Origin: Alphaproteobacteria bacterium
GTDB lineage: Bacteria > Pseudomonadota > Alphaproteobacteria > SHVZ01
Reading direction: 5' to 3'
DNA: 64,000 bases
NCBI GenBank assembly: GCA_009694025.1
Contig: SHVZ01000004.1
Coordinates: 12,025 to 76,024 of the forward strand
In this document: positions 38,663-47,867 of the stretch, in pieces
Position numbering within the stretch: position 1 is the first letter of the stretch
Layout of the letters: every line of letters starts with the position of its first letter
Made by a program: the position numbers and the translations under genes
Notes under the pieces: generated by a model
Told to the model about the DNA's origin: nothing
The model's input: only the letters and a program-made list of their open reading frames with translations
Databases searched by the model: none

Positions 38663-39247
38663 TCAGGCGAAGTCGCGCGACAGCGCTTCGCGAACCGGCT
38701 CCGGCATCACCGCCAGATGACCGTATTCCGGGTGACCGAAGCCGACGAGCACCTGCGTGCCCGGTGTCCGAAAGCGGGCGATCTGCGGCGGCGTGAAGTG
38801 GAAGCGGACGAACTGGACGCTGGAGGCCTTGCCTTCGGCGGAGGTGCGATCCTGATCCTCCTCCGCCTTGCCACGGACGCGTTCGCCACCGACCTCGATG
38901 AACGCCGTCTCCTCGACACCGCCGAGTCTGGCGAGCACGCCCGCCCGGCGGAGCGGATCGTCGATCTCGAACATCACGGTGGCGACCAGCTCCCCGCCCT
39001 TGGGGATCAGCGGATTGTAGGCGTCGAGCTCGCCTTGGATCTGTTCCTCGCCGCCCTTCTCGATGAACAGCATCTCGTGGATCTGCAGCCACATCGTCTC
39101 GAAGGACTCGAAGTGGAAGGTGGCGAAGGGTCCGACTTCGAGTCGGCGGTTCTTCTTGAGCGCGACGACCTCAGCCCGACGTTCCTTCCGGACCTTGGCG
39201 TAGTCGGCCGTCGGCAGGACGTCGGCCCGTGTGACCTCGTTTTTCAT
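38663..39247 (-). CDS. DUF3501 family protein
   Basis: ATG at 39247 (ATGA-type overlap with the upstream Fe-S gene). 194 aa. The pattern FHFESFETMWLQIHEMLFIEKG...LDAYNPLIP matches my memory of DUF3501, which travels with rubrerythrin/CCG proteins. Confidence 0.55.
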   Translation of the reverse strand: MKNEVTRADVLPTADYAKVRKERRAEVVALKKNRRLEVGPFATFHFESFETMWLQIHEMLFIEKGGEEQIQGELDAYNPLIPKGGELVATVMFEIDDPLRRAGVLARLGGVEETAFIEVGGERVRGKAEEDQDRTSAEGKASSVQFVRFHFTPPQIARFRTPGTQVLVGFGHPEYGHLAVMPEPVREALSRDFA

Positions 39248-40590
39248 CGGCCGGGAGAGATTCCGTAGGCGCGGGCGAAGAGCTCGATCGGATGCAGCGC
39301 CTCCTTCGGCACCTCGACGCCGTCGAGGCGCTCCATCCCCTGGAGGATGTGCGCGGCGGCGAGCGGACACTCCGAGGCGACGTGGGGCCGGCCAAGCTTG
39401 GCCGCCTGCTGAGCCACGGGTTTGCCGATCTTGAGGGCGACCTCGAAGTTCTCCCGCATCACCCCCCAAGAGCCGCCATGGCCCGAGCAGCGCTCCACCA
39501 CCGCGACCTCGGCGTTGGGGACGAGCCTCAGCATCTCCGCCGCCTTGGGGCCCATGTTCTGGGCGCGGGCGTGGCAGGCGAGGTGGAGCGTGACGCCACC
39601 GTTCAATGGCGCCAGGCCCGGCGCCAGGCCCTCGCGTTTGGCGATGTCGACGATGTACTCGCTGACGTCGAAGGTCGACTGGGCGAGCTTCTTGATGTCC
39701 GGATCGTCCGGCAGCAGCAGCGGCCATTCGAATTTGAGCATCAGCGCGCAGGAGGGCACCAGCGCCACGATGTCATAGCCCCGCTCGACATAGGGAAGGA
39801 GCGCCTGGGCGACGTTCTTGGCTTTCTTGGCGACCCGCGGCAGGTCGCCATGCTCGAGCTGCGGCATGCCGCAACATTCGGGATAGACCACCTCGCAGGC
39901 GACGCCGTTGCGGGCAAGCACGCCGAGCGCCGCCTCGCCGATCGCCGGGTTGTTGTAGTTGACGAAGCAGGTGGCGTAGAGGACGGCCTTGCGTCCGCGC
40001 GCCGGCGCATTGGCCGAGACCTCGGGCGGCGACTCTTCGGCGCGCTTGACGAAGGTCTTGCCGTGAAACTTCGGCAGGTCGGCGTCGCGGTGCACGCCGG
40101 CGACCTTCTCCATCAGCGGCCGGGCAAGCCGGTTGCGGCGGTCGGTGGCCCAGTTGGCGAGCGGCGCGACCACGCCGGCAAGCCGGCCGTTGCGGTCGGT
40201 CCTGGTGAGCTGGCCCGCGGCGAGCGGGATGCCGGACTTCCGCGCTTCGACGGCGCGGTAGCGCAGCATCAGATGGGGAAAGTCGAGAGCCCATTCGTGC
40301 GGGGGCACATAGGGGCACTTGGTCATGAAGCAGAGGTCGCAGAGCGTGCACGCATCGACGACCTTGGCGAAATCGCCGCTGTCGACGCCTTCCAGTTCGG
40401 CGTCGCCGGCCGCGTCGATCAGATCGAAGAGGCGCGGGAACGAATCGCAGAGGTTGAAGCAGCGCCGACAGCCGTGACAGATGTCGAAGACCCGCCTGAG
40501 CTCGTGCTCGAGCTTGGCCTCGTCGTAAAAGTCGGGGCTGGTCCAGTCGAGCGGATGCCGAACCGGCGCGCCGAGGCTGCCTTCACGCAT
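39244..40590 (-). CDS. Heterodisulfide-reductase-related (HdrD/GlpC-like) iron-sulfur protein with two 4Fe-4S motifs and CCG domains
   Basis: 448 aa. CHGCRRCFNLCDSFP and CTLCDLCFMTKCPYVP ferredoxin motifs. CFVNY...PECCGMP and SCALM...ERCSGHGG are CCG-type cysteine motifs. Confidence 0.75.
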   Translation of the reverse strand: MREGSLGAPVRHPLDWTSPDFYDEAKLEHELRRVFDICHGCRRCFNLCDSFPRLFDLIDAAGDAELEGVDSGDFAKVVDACTLCDLCFMTKCPYVPPHEWALDFPHLMLRYRAVEARKSGIPLAAGQLTRTDRNGRLAGVVAPLANWATDRRNRLARPLMEKVAGVHRDADLPKFHGKTFVKRAEESPPEVSANAPARGRKAVLYATCFVNYNNPAIGEAALGVLARNGVACEVVYPECCGMPQLEHGDLPRVAKKAKNVAQALLPYVERGYDIVALVPSCALMLKFEWPLLLPDDPDIKKLAQSTFDVSEYIVDIAKREGLAPGLAPLNGGVTLHLACHARAQNMGPKAAEMLRLVPNAEVAVVERCSGHGGSWGVMRENFEVALKIGKPVAQQAAKLGRPHVASECPLAAAHILQGMERLDGVEVPKEALHPIELFARAYGISPGR

Positions 40591-40663
40591 TGACTCGTTT
40601 CTCCGGAGGGCCGGAAGCGCGCGCGAGGGCTCTCCCGGGCCCCGGCGCGCGCCGCATTAGGAC

Positions 40664-41083
40664 TTAGGCGAGGGCGTCGAGGGCCTTCTGGAAGCGGCCG
40701 GCGTGGCTCTTCTCGGCCTTCGCCAGCGTCTCGAACCAATCGGCGATCTCGGCCTGGCCTTCCTCGCGCGCGGTCCGCGCCATGCCCGGGTACATGTCCG
40801 TGTACTCGTGCGTCTCGCCGGCGATGGAGGCTTTCAGGTTCTGCGAGGTATTGCCGATCGGCAGGCCGGTCGCCGGATCGCCGGTCTCCTCGAGGAATTC
40901 GAGATGTCCGTGGGCGTGGCCGGTCTCGCCTTCGGCGGTCGAACGGAACACCGCCGAAACGTCGTTGTAGCCTTCCACGTCCGCCTTCTGGGCGAAGTAG
41001 AGATAGCGCCGATTCGCCTGGCTTTCGCCCGCGAACGCCGCCTTCAGGTTGGCCTCGGTCTTCGAGCCCTTCAATCCCGCCAT
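40664..41083 (-). CDS. Rubrerythrin-family diiron protein without rubredoxin domain (erythrin-like)
   Basis: 139 aa. Ferritin-like E-x-x-H pairs ([27 protein letters not shown]). AGGAGG RBS (the complement of 41091-41096) upstream of the ATG at 41083. Confidence 0.8.
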   Translation of the reverse strand: MAGLKGSKTEANLKAAFAGESQANRRYLYFAQKADVEGYNDVSAVFRSTAEGETGHAHGHLEFLEETGDPATGLPIGNTSQNLKASIAGETHEYTDMYPGMARTAREEGQAEIADWFETLAKAEKSHAGRFQKALDALA

Positions 41084-41169
41084 CGTGTGCCTCCTGGGGC
41101 TGGTCGGGAGCGGCGGAAAGCCGTCCCTCGATAGTCATCCTAGGAACCTGCCGAGGCTCCGTCAACAAT

Positions 41170-41186
41170 ATTAGAATGGATCTAAA
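41170..41186 (-). promoter_or_regulatory. ICE-like (iron control element) candidate Irr operator upstream of the rubrerythrin operon
   Basis: Plus strand ATTAGAATGGATCTAAA matches 12 of the 14 specified positions of the remembered ICE consensus TTTAGAA-N3-TTCTAAA. It sits in the only AT-rich patch of the irr-rubrerythrin spacer, 87-103 nt upstream of the ATG. Confidence 0.5.
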
Positions 41187-41218
41187 ATATCTCGCAAGAC
41201 GCCGCCTGTGAGGGCAGA

Positions 41219-41644
41219 TCAGACCCGTGGCCGGAGCCTGACAACGACGTCGATGCGCTCGACCTCGAGCCCTTCCGGGATCTTCGGGACGCCGCTCACG
41301 GCCAGCGTCCCGACCGGGATGTCGGTCAGGCTGCCGGTGGCGACAGTGAGGACGTGGTGATGGTCGGAGGTATTGGTGTCGAAATAGGAGCGCCCGGCCT
41401 CGACCACGACCTCCCGCAGGAGGCCGGCGCGAGTGAACTGGTTCAGCGTGTTGTAGACCGTCGCCAGCGAGACGACGAACCGGGCGGCCTTGGCCTCGGC
41501 GTGCAGCTGCTCAGCCGAGACGTGACGGTCGCCCCGGCCGAACAGGAGGCGAGTCAGCGCCAAGCGCTGGCGGGTTGGGCGCAGCCCGGCCCGTTTCAGC
41601 CGATCTAGCGGCTCGGCGAAGGGTCGGGCGTCGGCGATGGTCAT
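41219..41644 (-). CDS. irr: Fur-family iron response regulator Irr
   Basis: 141 aa. Winged-helix LRPTRQR...ATVYNTL, and the YFDTNTSDHHH triple-His motif typical of Irr. No Cys-x-x-Cys structural Zn site. Confidence 0.8.
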   Translation of the reverse strand: MTIADARPFAEPLDRLKRAGLRPTRQRLALTRLLFGRGDRHVSAEQLHAEAKAARFVVSLATVYNTLNQFTRAGLLREVVVEAGRSYFDTNTSDHHHVLTVATGSLTDIPVGTLAVSGVPKIPEGLEVERIDVVVRLRPRV

Positions 41645-41690
41645 GAATAAGATGTGGCGCCGTTTCAGGAGTTCGCCAAGCCTTGCGCCG

Positions 41691-43088
41691 TCAGTCGCCG
41701 GTCGTCAAGCGGTCGACCAGCTGGCCGACCGTCGGGATGAAGCCGCCGGCATAGAACGGGTCGCCGCTGAAGCGGAAGGCGTTGTGGCCAGCGAACATCA
41801 GTTCGTGCTCGCAATCCTCGGAGTGGCTGATCGCCTGAAGCGTCTTCTGGATGCAGTAGGAGCGCGGATCGGCCTTCTTGCCCGTCGTCCCGTGCTCGTT
41901 CTGGGCCCAGTTGGAGAAGCCGCAGGCGGAGAGGCACCCCATGCAGTCGACCTGGTCCCTGTGGATGTGCCTGGCGGTCGGCGTGTCGACGAAGATCAAC
42001 GTCGAGTCCGGCGTGCGCAACGCCTCGATGAAGCCGGCGGCGACCCAGGCGCGGGCACGCTCGGCGTCGTGCGCGGTCAAAAATACCTCGCGGCCGCGGG
42101 CCCCGACCTTGAAGGAGGTGTCGTGATCGCCGACCGCGTGGGTCTGGTAGGCGACCTGGCGTTCGGACCTGGCCTTCAGATCCATCAGGAACGGGTTCTT
42201 GACCGCCGAGGAGTAGAAGCCGGTCGGGCTGAAGCGGTTGAGCCAGATGTCGCCTTCCTTGAGCGTCATCAGCTTTCGCTTCCAGGCTTGGGAGATCGGG
42301 CTCTCCTGGGTCAGAAGCGGCCGCGTGCCGAACTGGAACGCGACCTTGCCGATCTCGGGATTCTCGAGGAAGTGCTCCCATTCCCTCAGGAACCAGACGC
42401 CGCCGGCCATGATGATCGGCGTGTCGGTAAGACCGACCTCGTTCATCACCTTGCGGAGCTCGCTGACCCGTGGGAAGGGATCCTCGGGGCGCTCCGGATC
42501 CTCGACGTTGGAAAGGCCGTTGTGCCCGCCGGCGAGCCACGGATCCTCGTAGACGACGGCGCCGAGCCAGTCGCGGAACTTGTGGTAGGCGCGCTTCCAC
42601 AGAGCCCGGAAGGCGCGCGCCGAAGAGACGATCGGGTAGTAATAGACGCGATAACTCTCGCAGAGCTCGGCCAGGCGATAGGGCATGCCGGCGCCGCAGG
42701 TGACGCCATGGATCAGGCCCTTGGTGCCCTCGAGGATGCCATGCAGCACCCGCTCGGCAGCACCCATCTCCCAGAGCACGTTCATATGGATGCGGCCATG
42801 TCCGTTCGCCGTCTCGTAGGCGATGCTGGCCTGGCTGATGCCGCCCTTGATCGAGGCGGCGATCAGCTCCTCATGGCGCTCGCGGCGCGTCCGGCCGTGG
42901 TAGATCCAAGGAATGACGTTGCCGGCGGCATCGCGCGCATCGGCATTGACGCCCGAGAACGTCCCGACTCCGCCGGCCGCCGCCCAGGCGCCCGAGCTCT
43001 CGCCGTTGGAGACGGAGATGCCCTTGCCTCCCTCGATCAGTGGCAGCACCTCGCGTCCGGAGATCAAAATCGGGTTCAGCGCCTTCAT
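41691..43088 (-). CDS. Nitronate monooxygenase (NMO / 2-nitropropane dioxygenase) family FMN enzyme, long form
   Basis: 465 aa. PLIEGGKGISVS and IMAGGVW are TIM-barrel FMN-binding patterns of NMO-family proteins. Confidence 0.7.
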   Translation of the reverse strand: MKALNPILISGREVLPLIEGGKGISVSNGESSGAWAAAGGVGTFSGVNADARDAAGNVIPWIYHGRTRRERHEELIAASIKGGISQASIAYETANGHGRIHMNVLWEMGAAERVLHGILEGTKGLIHGVTCGAGMPYRLAELCESYRVYYYPIVSSARAFRALWKRAYHKFRDWLGAVVYEDPWLAGGHNGLSNVEDPERPEDPFPRVSELRKVMNEVGLTDTPIIMAGGVWFLREWEHFLENPEIGKVAFQFGTRPLLTQESPISQAWKRKLMTLKEGDIWLNRFSPTGFYSSAVKNPFLMDLKARSERQVAYQTHAVGDHDTSFKVGARGREVFLTAHDAERARAWVAAGFIEALRTPDSTLIFVDTPTARHIHRDQVDCMGCLSACGFSNWAQNEHGTTGKKADPRSYCIQKTLQAISHSEDCEHELMFAGHNAFRFSGDPFYAGGFIPTVGQLVDRLTTGD

Positions 43089-43257
43089 TCTCTCTTGAAA
43101 CCTTGATCACGTCCGCGCCCGAAGAGCCGCGGCCACGCTCACCCGCCCTCTAATATACCGCGGCCGGCCCAAGCCAAAGAGGCTTCTCGCCCTTCTCCTC
43201 ACCCACGGCAGGGAATTGTCTCGGACACGCGCACGGCCGGACGACGGCGTGCTCGTC

Positions 43258-45183
43258 CTATGCCCGCTCGGCGCGACGATCCTTCGTCGGAGGAGCCCGC
43301 TGGTATTCGGGAACCAGCCGGCCGAGCAGGCTCAAGGTGTCGGCCGTGCGCCGCTGGCGCGCCGTCTCCTCGATTTCGTCGAGCGCGCGCGCGAGGATGG
43401 CGAGATCGACCGTCCGCGGTCGCGCGAGAAGGATTCCCGGTCGTTCGGTCGCCACTGGGCCCTCCTGGCCGTGGAACAGCTCCTCGGCCAGCTTTTCTCC
43501 GGGCTTAAGACCGGAGAAGACGATCTGAATGTCCTCGCCCGGCCTGAGGCCCGCCAGCCGGATCATCTGACGGGCGAGATCGAGGATCTTCACCGGCTCG
43601 CCCATCTCCAGCACGTGGATGGCGCCGGGCTCGTTCCTCGGCTGGGAGAGCGCCAGCTCGCAGGCCTGGAGGACCAGTTCGACCGCCTCGCGCACGGTCA
43701 TGAAATAGCGCGTGACCTCCGGGTCGGTGACGGTCAGAGGACCGCCGGCGGCGATCTGACGCCGGAACAGCGGCACCACCGAGCCGGTCGAGCCCAGCAC
43801 GTTGCCAAAGCGCACGGTGACGAAGCGCGTACCGCTCTTTCCGAGGGCGGCGACGTCGAGCGCCTGGCAGTAGATCTCGGCCAGCCGCTTGCTCGCCCCC
43901 ATGACGCTGGTCGGGTTGACCGCCTTGTCGGTCGAGATCAGCACCATGGCGGCGACCCCGGCCGCGGCGGCGGCATCGGCGACGACGCGCGTGCCCGCGA
44001 CATTGGTCAAAACCCCTTCGTTGGGGTTTACCTCGACCAGCGGCAGGTGCTTGAAGGCGGCGGCATGGAAGACCAGGTCCGGGCGCTCGCGTGCCAGGAT
44101 CTGGTCGATGCGGAGACGGTCGCGGACGTCGCCGAGGATCGCCGCCCGCGAAAGCCGGGGCCAGCGCTCCGTCATCTCCAGGTCGATCAGGTAGAGCGGG
44201 TATTCGGCGTTGTCGAGAAGGGCGAGATGCGCCGGCGCCAGCGCCGCGATCTGCCGGACGAGCTCGCCGCCGATGGTGCCGCCGGCCCCTGTCACCAGGA
44301 TCCGGCGCCCCGAGACTAGGCGCTCCAATCCGGAGCGGTCGAGCACGCGCTGCGGGCGGCCGAGCAGATCCTCGACCTCGATCGGGCGGATCTCGGATTT
44401 GCTCGTCCCGGCTTGCTCGAGCCGTCGGGGATCGGGAAGCCGGCTCACCGGCAACGCCAGCTTGCCGGCGAGCTCGACGAGACCGCGGACATGGGCACCG
44501 TCGTCCTCGGTGCGGCCCAAGACCAGCCGCTCCGGGCGCTGGTCGCGACCGGCGAGCTGCTCGACCACCGACTCCAGCGCCGCCTCGCGCCCGAGCACCT
44601 CGACGCCCAGTACCTGACGGCCCTGCCAGTCGGCGCGATCGTCGACCACGCCGACGACGCGATAGGGTGCGCCGTCGCCGCGCGCGAGGTTGCGCACGAA
44701 CGCCTCGGCGGCGTCGCCCCAGCCGACCAGCAGCACGGGGACGCGACGGCCTTCGCGCTCGAGCACGCCGCCGAACCGCCGCTCGCGAAGGACGCGGGTC
44801 AGCAGCCGCGGCGTCACCAGGAACGCCGCCATGACGAAGAGGTCGATGACCAGGACCGAGCGTGGAAAGTCCTGGAGCCGTGTCACCAGGAACAGCGCCG
44901 GCAGGAAGACGAGGTGCGTGAGCACCACCACCTTGCCGATGGCGGCGACGTCGTCGAGCCCCGCATAGCGCCAGACCCGGCGCGACAGGCCGAAGGCCTG
45001 CGAGACGCCGGCGGCGATGGCGACGAAGAGGAGGACCCCGCCCCATAGTGCCTGCGACGGCCAGGTGAGGATCGCGTCGCCGACACGGAGATAGAAGGAG
45101 ACGAGATAGGCGAGCCCAGCGAGCGTCGCGTCGAGGAGCGCGACGACAAGAGCGCGTCGGCCCGGCCATCGGCGGGTGGTCAT
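43258..45183 (-). CDS. Membrane-bound nucleotide-sugar 4,6-dehydratase/epimerase (CapD/WbpM/PglF type)
   Basis: 641 aa. Four N-terminal TM helices, a Rossmann linker domain, then VTGAGGTIGGEL, AAAFKHLP and STDKAVNPTSVMGASKR. Confidence 0.85.
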   Translation of the reverse strand: MTTRRWPGRRALVVALLDATLAGLAYLVSFYLRVGDAILTWPSQALWGGVLLFVAIAAGVSQAFGLSRRVWRYAGLDDVAAIGKVVVLTHLVFLPALFLVTRLQDFPRSVLVIDLFVMAAFLVTPRLLTRVLRERRFGGVLEREGRRVPVLLVGWGDAAEAFVRNLARGDGAPYRVVGVVDDRADWQGRQVLGVEVLGREAALESVVEQLAGRDQRPERLVLGRTEDDGAHVRGLVELAGKLALPVSRLPDPRRLEQAGTSKSEIRPIEVEDLLGRPQRVLDRSGLERLVSGRRILVTGAGGTIGGELVRQIAALAPAHLALLDNAEYPLYLIDLEMTERWPRLSRAAILGDVRDRLRIDQILARERPDLVFHAAAFKHLPLVEVNPNEGVLTNVAGTRVVADAAAAAGVAAMVLISTDKAVNPTSVMGASKRLAEIYCQALDVAALGKSGTRFVTVRFGNVLGSTGSVVPLFRRQIAAGGPLTVTDPEVTRYFMTVREAVELVLQACELALSQPRNEPGAIHVLEMGEPVKILDLARQMIRLAGLRPGEDIQIVFSGLKPGEKLAEELFHGQEGPVATERPGILLARPRTVDLAILARALDEIEETARQRRTADTLSLLGRLVPEYQRAPPTKDRRAERA

Positions 45184-45220
45184 GGATCGCGCCTATAGCA
45201 CATCGCCGTCGCGTCTGGGG

Positions 45221-46183
45221 TCATGCGCGGGCGAATCGAAAGAGGATGGCGCCGACGATTAGCGTGGCCGCGGCGAGCGACGGCCACGGCCGGTCGAGCG
45301 CGAGAAGCGCCGCGGCGACGAGGCCGGCATTGACGAGCCCGACCGCGACCGCGACGCGGCCGTGACTCCAGCCGCGCTGCACCGCCTGCTGATAGAAATG
45401 CTCGCGATGCGCCTCCCAGACGCGCTTTCGCTGCAGCAGGCGGCGGACGAGCGTCCACGTCGCATCGGCGAGGTAGTAGCCAGGCAGGATCAGTGCCGGC
45501 GCCCAGTGGCCGCTTTTCGCCAGGAGCAGCAGCAGCGCGCCCAGGAGGTATCCCAAGGGCACGCTGCCGACATCGCCCATGAACAGGCGTGCCGGGTGCC
45601 AGTTCCAGCGCAGAAAGCCCAAGGCCGCCGCGGCCAGGATCAGCGCCGGCGCGGCCGGCGTGCCGACCAGCGCGAGACCGAGGCCGATCGAGGCCGCCTC
45701 GACGCCGGTAATGCCGTCGATGCCGTCCATGAAATTGGTGAGGTTGACGAACCACACCCAGGCGAGCCCGGCGGCGAGCAGGTCGGGTCCGGGCGGCAGC
45801 AGACCCTGGAATACCGGCCCGCCGTCTAGAACGGAGAGGCCGGCAGCGACGGCCGCAGCTTGGGCCAAAAGGCGCCAGCGCGCCGGCACATGGCCGAGGT
45901 CGTCTCGCCAGGAGACGACCGCCAGCACGCCTGCCGCCGCGATCAGCACGAGCCAGGGAACCGGCGCCGCGTTCGCGAGCGCGAAAACGAGGAGCGCCGG
46001 CAGCGCGCCGGCGAGGAGACCGATGCCGCCACCGCGCGGCGTCGGCCGCGCATGCGAGGAACGGTGGTTCGGCACGTCGACGATCCGGCGGCGATCGAGC
46101 CAGACGAGCACTTGGCCGGTGGCGATCCAGCTCGCGGCGAAGGCCGCGGCGGCGAGAGCCGCGGCGAGCCAGGCCTCGCTCAC
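45221..46183 (-). CDS. GT4-family polyprenyl-phosphate N-acetylhexosamine-1-phosphate transferase (WecA/WbpL/MraY superfamily)
   Basis: 320 aa, polytopic. NLTNFMDGIDG and FMGDVGS motifs. GTG start overlaps the upstream stop (GTGA). Confidence 0.8.
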   Translation of the reverse strand: MSEAWLAAALAAAAFAASWIATGQVLVWLDRRRIVDVPNHRSSHARPTPRGGGIGLLAGALPALLVFALANAAPVPWLVLIAAAGVLAVVSWRDDLGHVPARWRLLAQAAAVAAGLSVLDGGPVFQGLLPPGPDLLAAGLAWVWFVNLTNFMDGIDGITGVEAASIGLGLALVGTPAAPALILAAAALGFLRWNWHPARLFMGDVGSVPLGYLLGALLLLLAKSGHWAPALILPGYYLADATWTLVRRLLQRKRVWEAHREHFYQQAVQRGWSHGRVAVAVGLVNAGLVAAALLALDRPWPSLAAATLIVGAILFRFARA

Positions 46184-46785
46184 GGCTCGCCCCGGTTCGC
46201 GCGCTCGCGGCGGGCGAGTGCCTCGTCCGGCCAGCGGTTCTTGAGATAGGCGACCAAGGCCCAGACCTGGGCGTCGGTCAGGTTGAACTCGAAGGCCGGC
46301 ATCTGGCTTCGGGCTCCCGCCGGAAGGAACGGCTGCCCGCCGAACTTGACCTGTTCGAAGACCTGCCGATCGGAGCGGTCGACCGCGGGTGAGCGCTCGT
46401 CGAGGGGCGGCGCGAGGCCCAGGGCGACCGGCATGTCCGGGCGCCAGTCCTCATGGCCCTCGCGATCGACGCCGTGGCAGTAGGAGCAGTGCTGGCGGTA
46501 GAGCGTGCGTCCAAGCGCAACTTGCGCCGGCCGGTCGGGCCGGGCGTCGGTCGCGGTCGCGGCGAGGCGGCGTTCGATCATCATCACCGTGCCGGTCACC
46601 ACGATGGCGACGATCGCGGCGATCAGGGTGAAGCGGCTGCGGCGGTCGGAGAGGAATCCCCGGTGTGCGGGCGTGGCGTCCGGCTCTCCCTCGTCCTCGA
46701 CCACCAGCACGCGCTTACGCCTCGGCGCGTAGCGGGGCTTGGTCGTCTCCTTCCGGAAGAAGCGGTCGAGGAAGGGTAAGCGCAT
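46180..46785 (-). CDS. Membrane-anchored monoheme c-type cytochrome
   Basis: 201 aa. Basic N-terminus, one TM helix, CSYCH heme-binding motif and a candidate axial Met in SQMPAF. Confidence 0.7.
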   Translation of the reverse strand: MRLPFLDRFFRKETTKPRYAPRRKRVLVVEDEGEPDATPAHRGFLSDRRSRFTLIAAIVAIVVTGTVMMIERRLAATATDARPDRPAQVALGRTLYRQHCSYCHGVDREGHEDWRPDMPVALGLAPPLDERSPAVDRSDRQVFEQVKFGGQPFLPAGARSQMPAFEFNLTDAQVWALVAYLKNRWPDEALARRERANRGEP

Positions 46786-46862
46786 GGCGCGACTATACCC
46801 CGACGCCGGCAGAAAGGGCCCCGCCCGGCGGACGCCGCCCCCTCACGTCCGGCGCCCCGCGG

Positions 46863-47351
46863 TCACGCCCGAAGGTGGCGCGGCAGCTCCTTGATCGAGG
46901 CATCGACGAGACCGGCCGCCATGATGGCATCGACCTTCTCGGTCAGCACGCGACGGGTCGCGGCCAGCGCGAGGTCGACCGCGGCGTTGCGGACCTCGGC
47001 AATCGCTTGGGCCTCGGCCTGGGCGATCTTGTCCACCGCCTGCGCCTCGCGACGCTTGAGCCGCTGCTCGATCTGGGCTTTCTGCTCGGCCTCGAGCGTC
47101 TGAGCCGCGGCGCGACCGAGCGCAAGAATCGCCTCGGCCTCCTTGAGCCCGTCCCGCTGCTTCCTCCGGTACTCGGCGAGCGCCGCCTCTGCGTCCCGCT
47201 TCAGCTTCTCGGCCTCGTCGAGCTGGCCCCGGATCTTGCCCGCCCGGTCGTCGAGGGCGCCGCCGATCAGGCCGAACAGCTTCTTGCCGAGCAGCGCGAA
47301 GAAGATGACGAACGCCGCCAGCACCCAGAATTCCGGACTGGAGAACATCAA
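46863..47351 (-). CDS. atpF: F0F1 ATP synthase subunit b
   Basis: 162 aa. One N-terminal TM helix then a long charged helix. Last gene of the atpI-B-E-F'-F block. Confidence 0.85.
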   Translation of the reverse strand: MMFSSPEFWVLAAFVIFFALLGKKLFGLIGGALDDRAGKIRGQLDEAEKLKRDAEAALAEYRRKQRDGLKEAEAILALGRAAAQTLEAEQKAQIEQRLKRREAQAVDKIAQAEAQAIAEVRNAAVDLALAATRRVLTEKVDAIMAAGLVDASIKELPRHLRA

Positions 47352-47839
47352 GCGCGCTCCTTCGCCGCGGCGGCCACGGCGGCGGTCGCCGTGGCGTCGT
47401 TGATCGGCTGGCCGATCAGCCTCTCGGCTGCGGATTTGGTGATGTCGGCGGCCATATGGGCAAGGCTCGCCATCGCCTGATCGCGCGCTGCCCGGATGCG
47501 TCCCTCGGCCGCCGCGGTGTCGGCGGCGAGCTTTTTCGTGAGCGCACCCTCGCGCGACTCGGCGTCCTTTCGCATCCGTTCCGAGGCCGCCTTGATCGTT
47601 GCCTGGGCCTGTGCCCGTGCTTCGGCCAGCGCCTTCTCGTAGGCGGCGAGCGCGCCGGCGGCCTCGTCCTTCAGCTTCGTCGCCCGGTCGAGGTCGGCGG
47701 TGATCCGCTGGGCGCGCGCGTCGATCGCCCGGCCGATCTTCGGCAGGGCGAGCTTGGCCATCAGCAGGTAGAGGACGGCGAAGGTGATCGCCAGCCAGAC
47801 GAGCTGCGGGGCGAAGTCGGCGACGTTGAGCTGGGGCAT
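47348..47839 (-). CDS. atpF2: F0F1 ATP synthase subunit b'
   Basis: 163 aa. Same architecture, between the c and b subunits as in alphaproteobacteria. 4-nt overlap with atpF. Confidence 0.85.
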   Translation of the reverse strand: MPQLNVADFAPQLVWLAITFAVLYLLMAKLALPKIGRAIDARAQRITADLDRATKLKDEAAGALAAYEKALAEARAQAQATIKAASERMRKDAESREGALTKKLAADTAAAEGRIRAARDQAMASLAHMAADITKSAAERLIGQPINDATATAAVAAAAKERA

Positions 47840-47867
47840 GGTCCGCCCGGCCTTCCGCTGGCGCCGA

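Noticed and set aside
39292-43106. Plus-strand ORFs 39292..40593 (433 aa) and 41637..43106 (489 aa).
   Set aside because: They are antisense to the CCG iron-sulfur protein and the NMO-family gene. Cysteine-motif and FMN-barrel evidence supports the minus strand in both cases.
46801-46862. GC-rich short hairpins downstream of atpF as a rho-independent terminator; likewise CCGGGC-N7-GCCCGG at 38628-38646 downstream of the DUF3501 gene.
   Set aside because: The stems are only 4-6 bp and lack a convincing U-tract. This is not strong enough to annotate.
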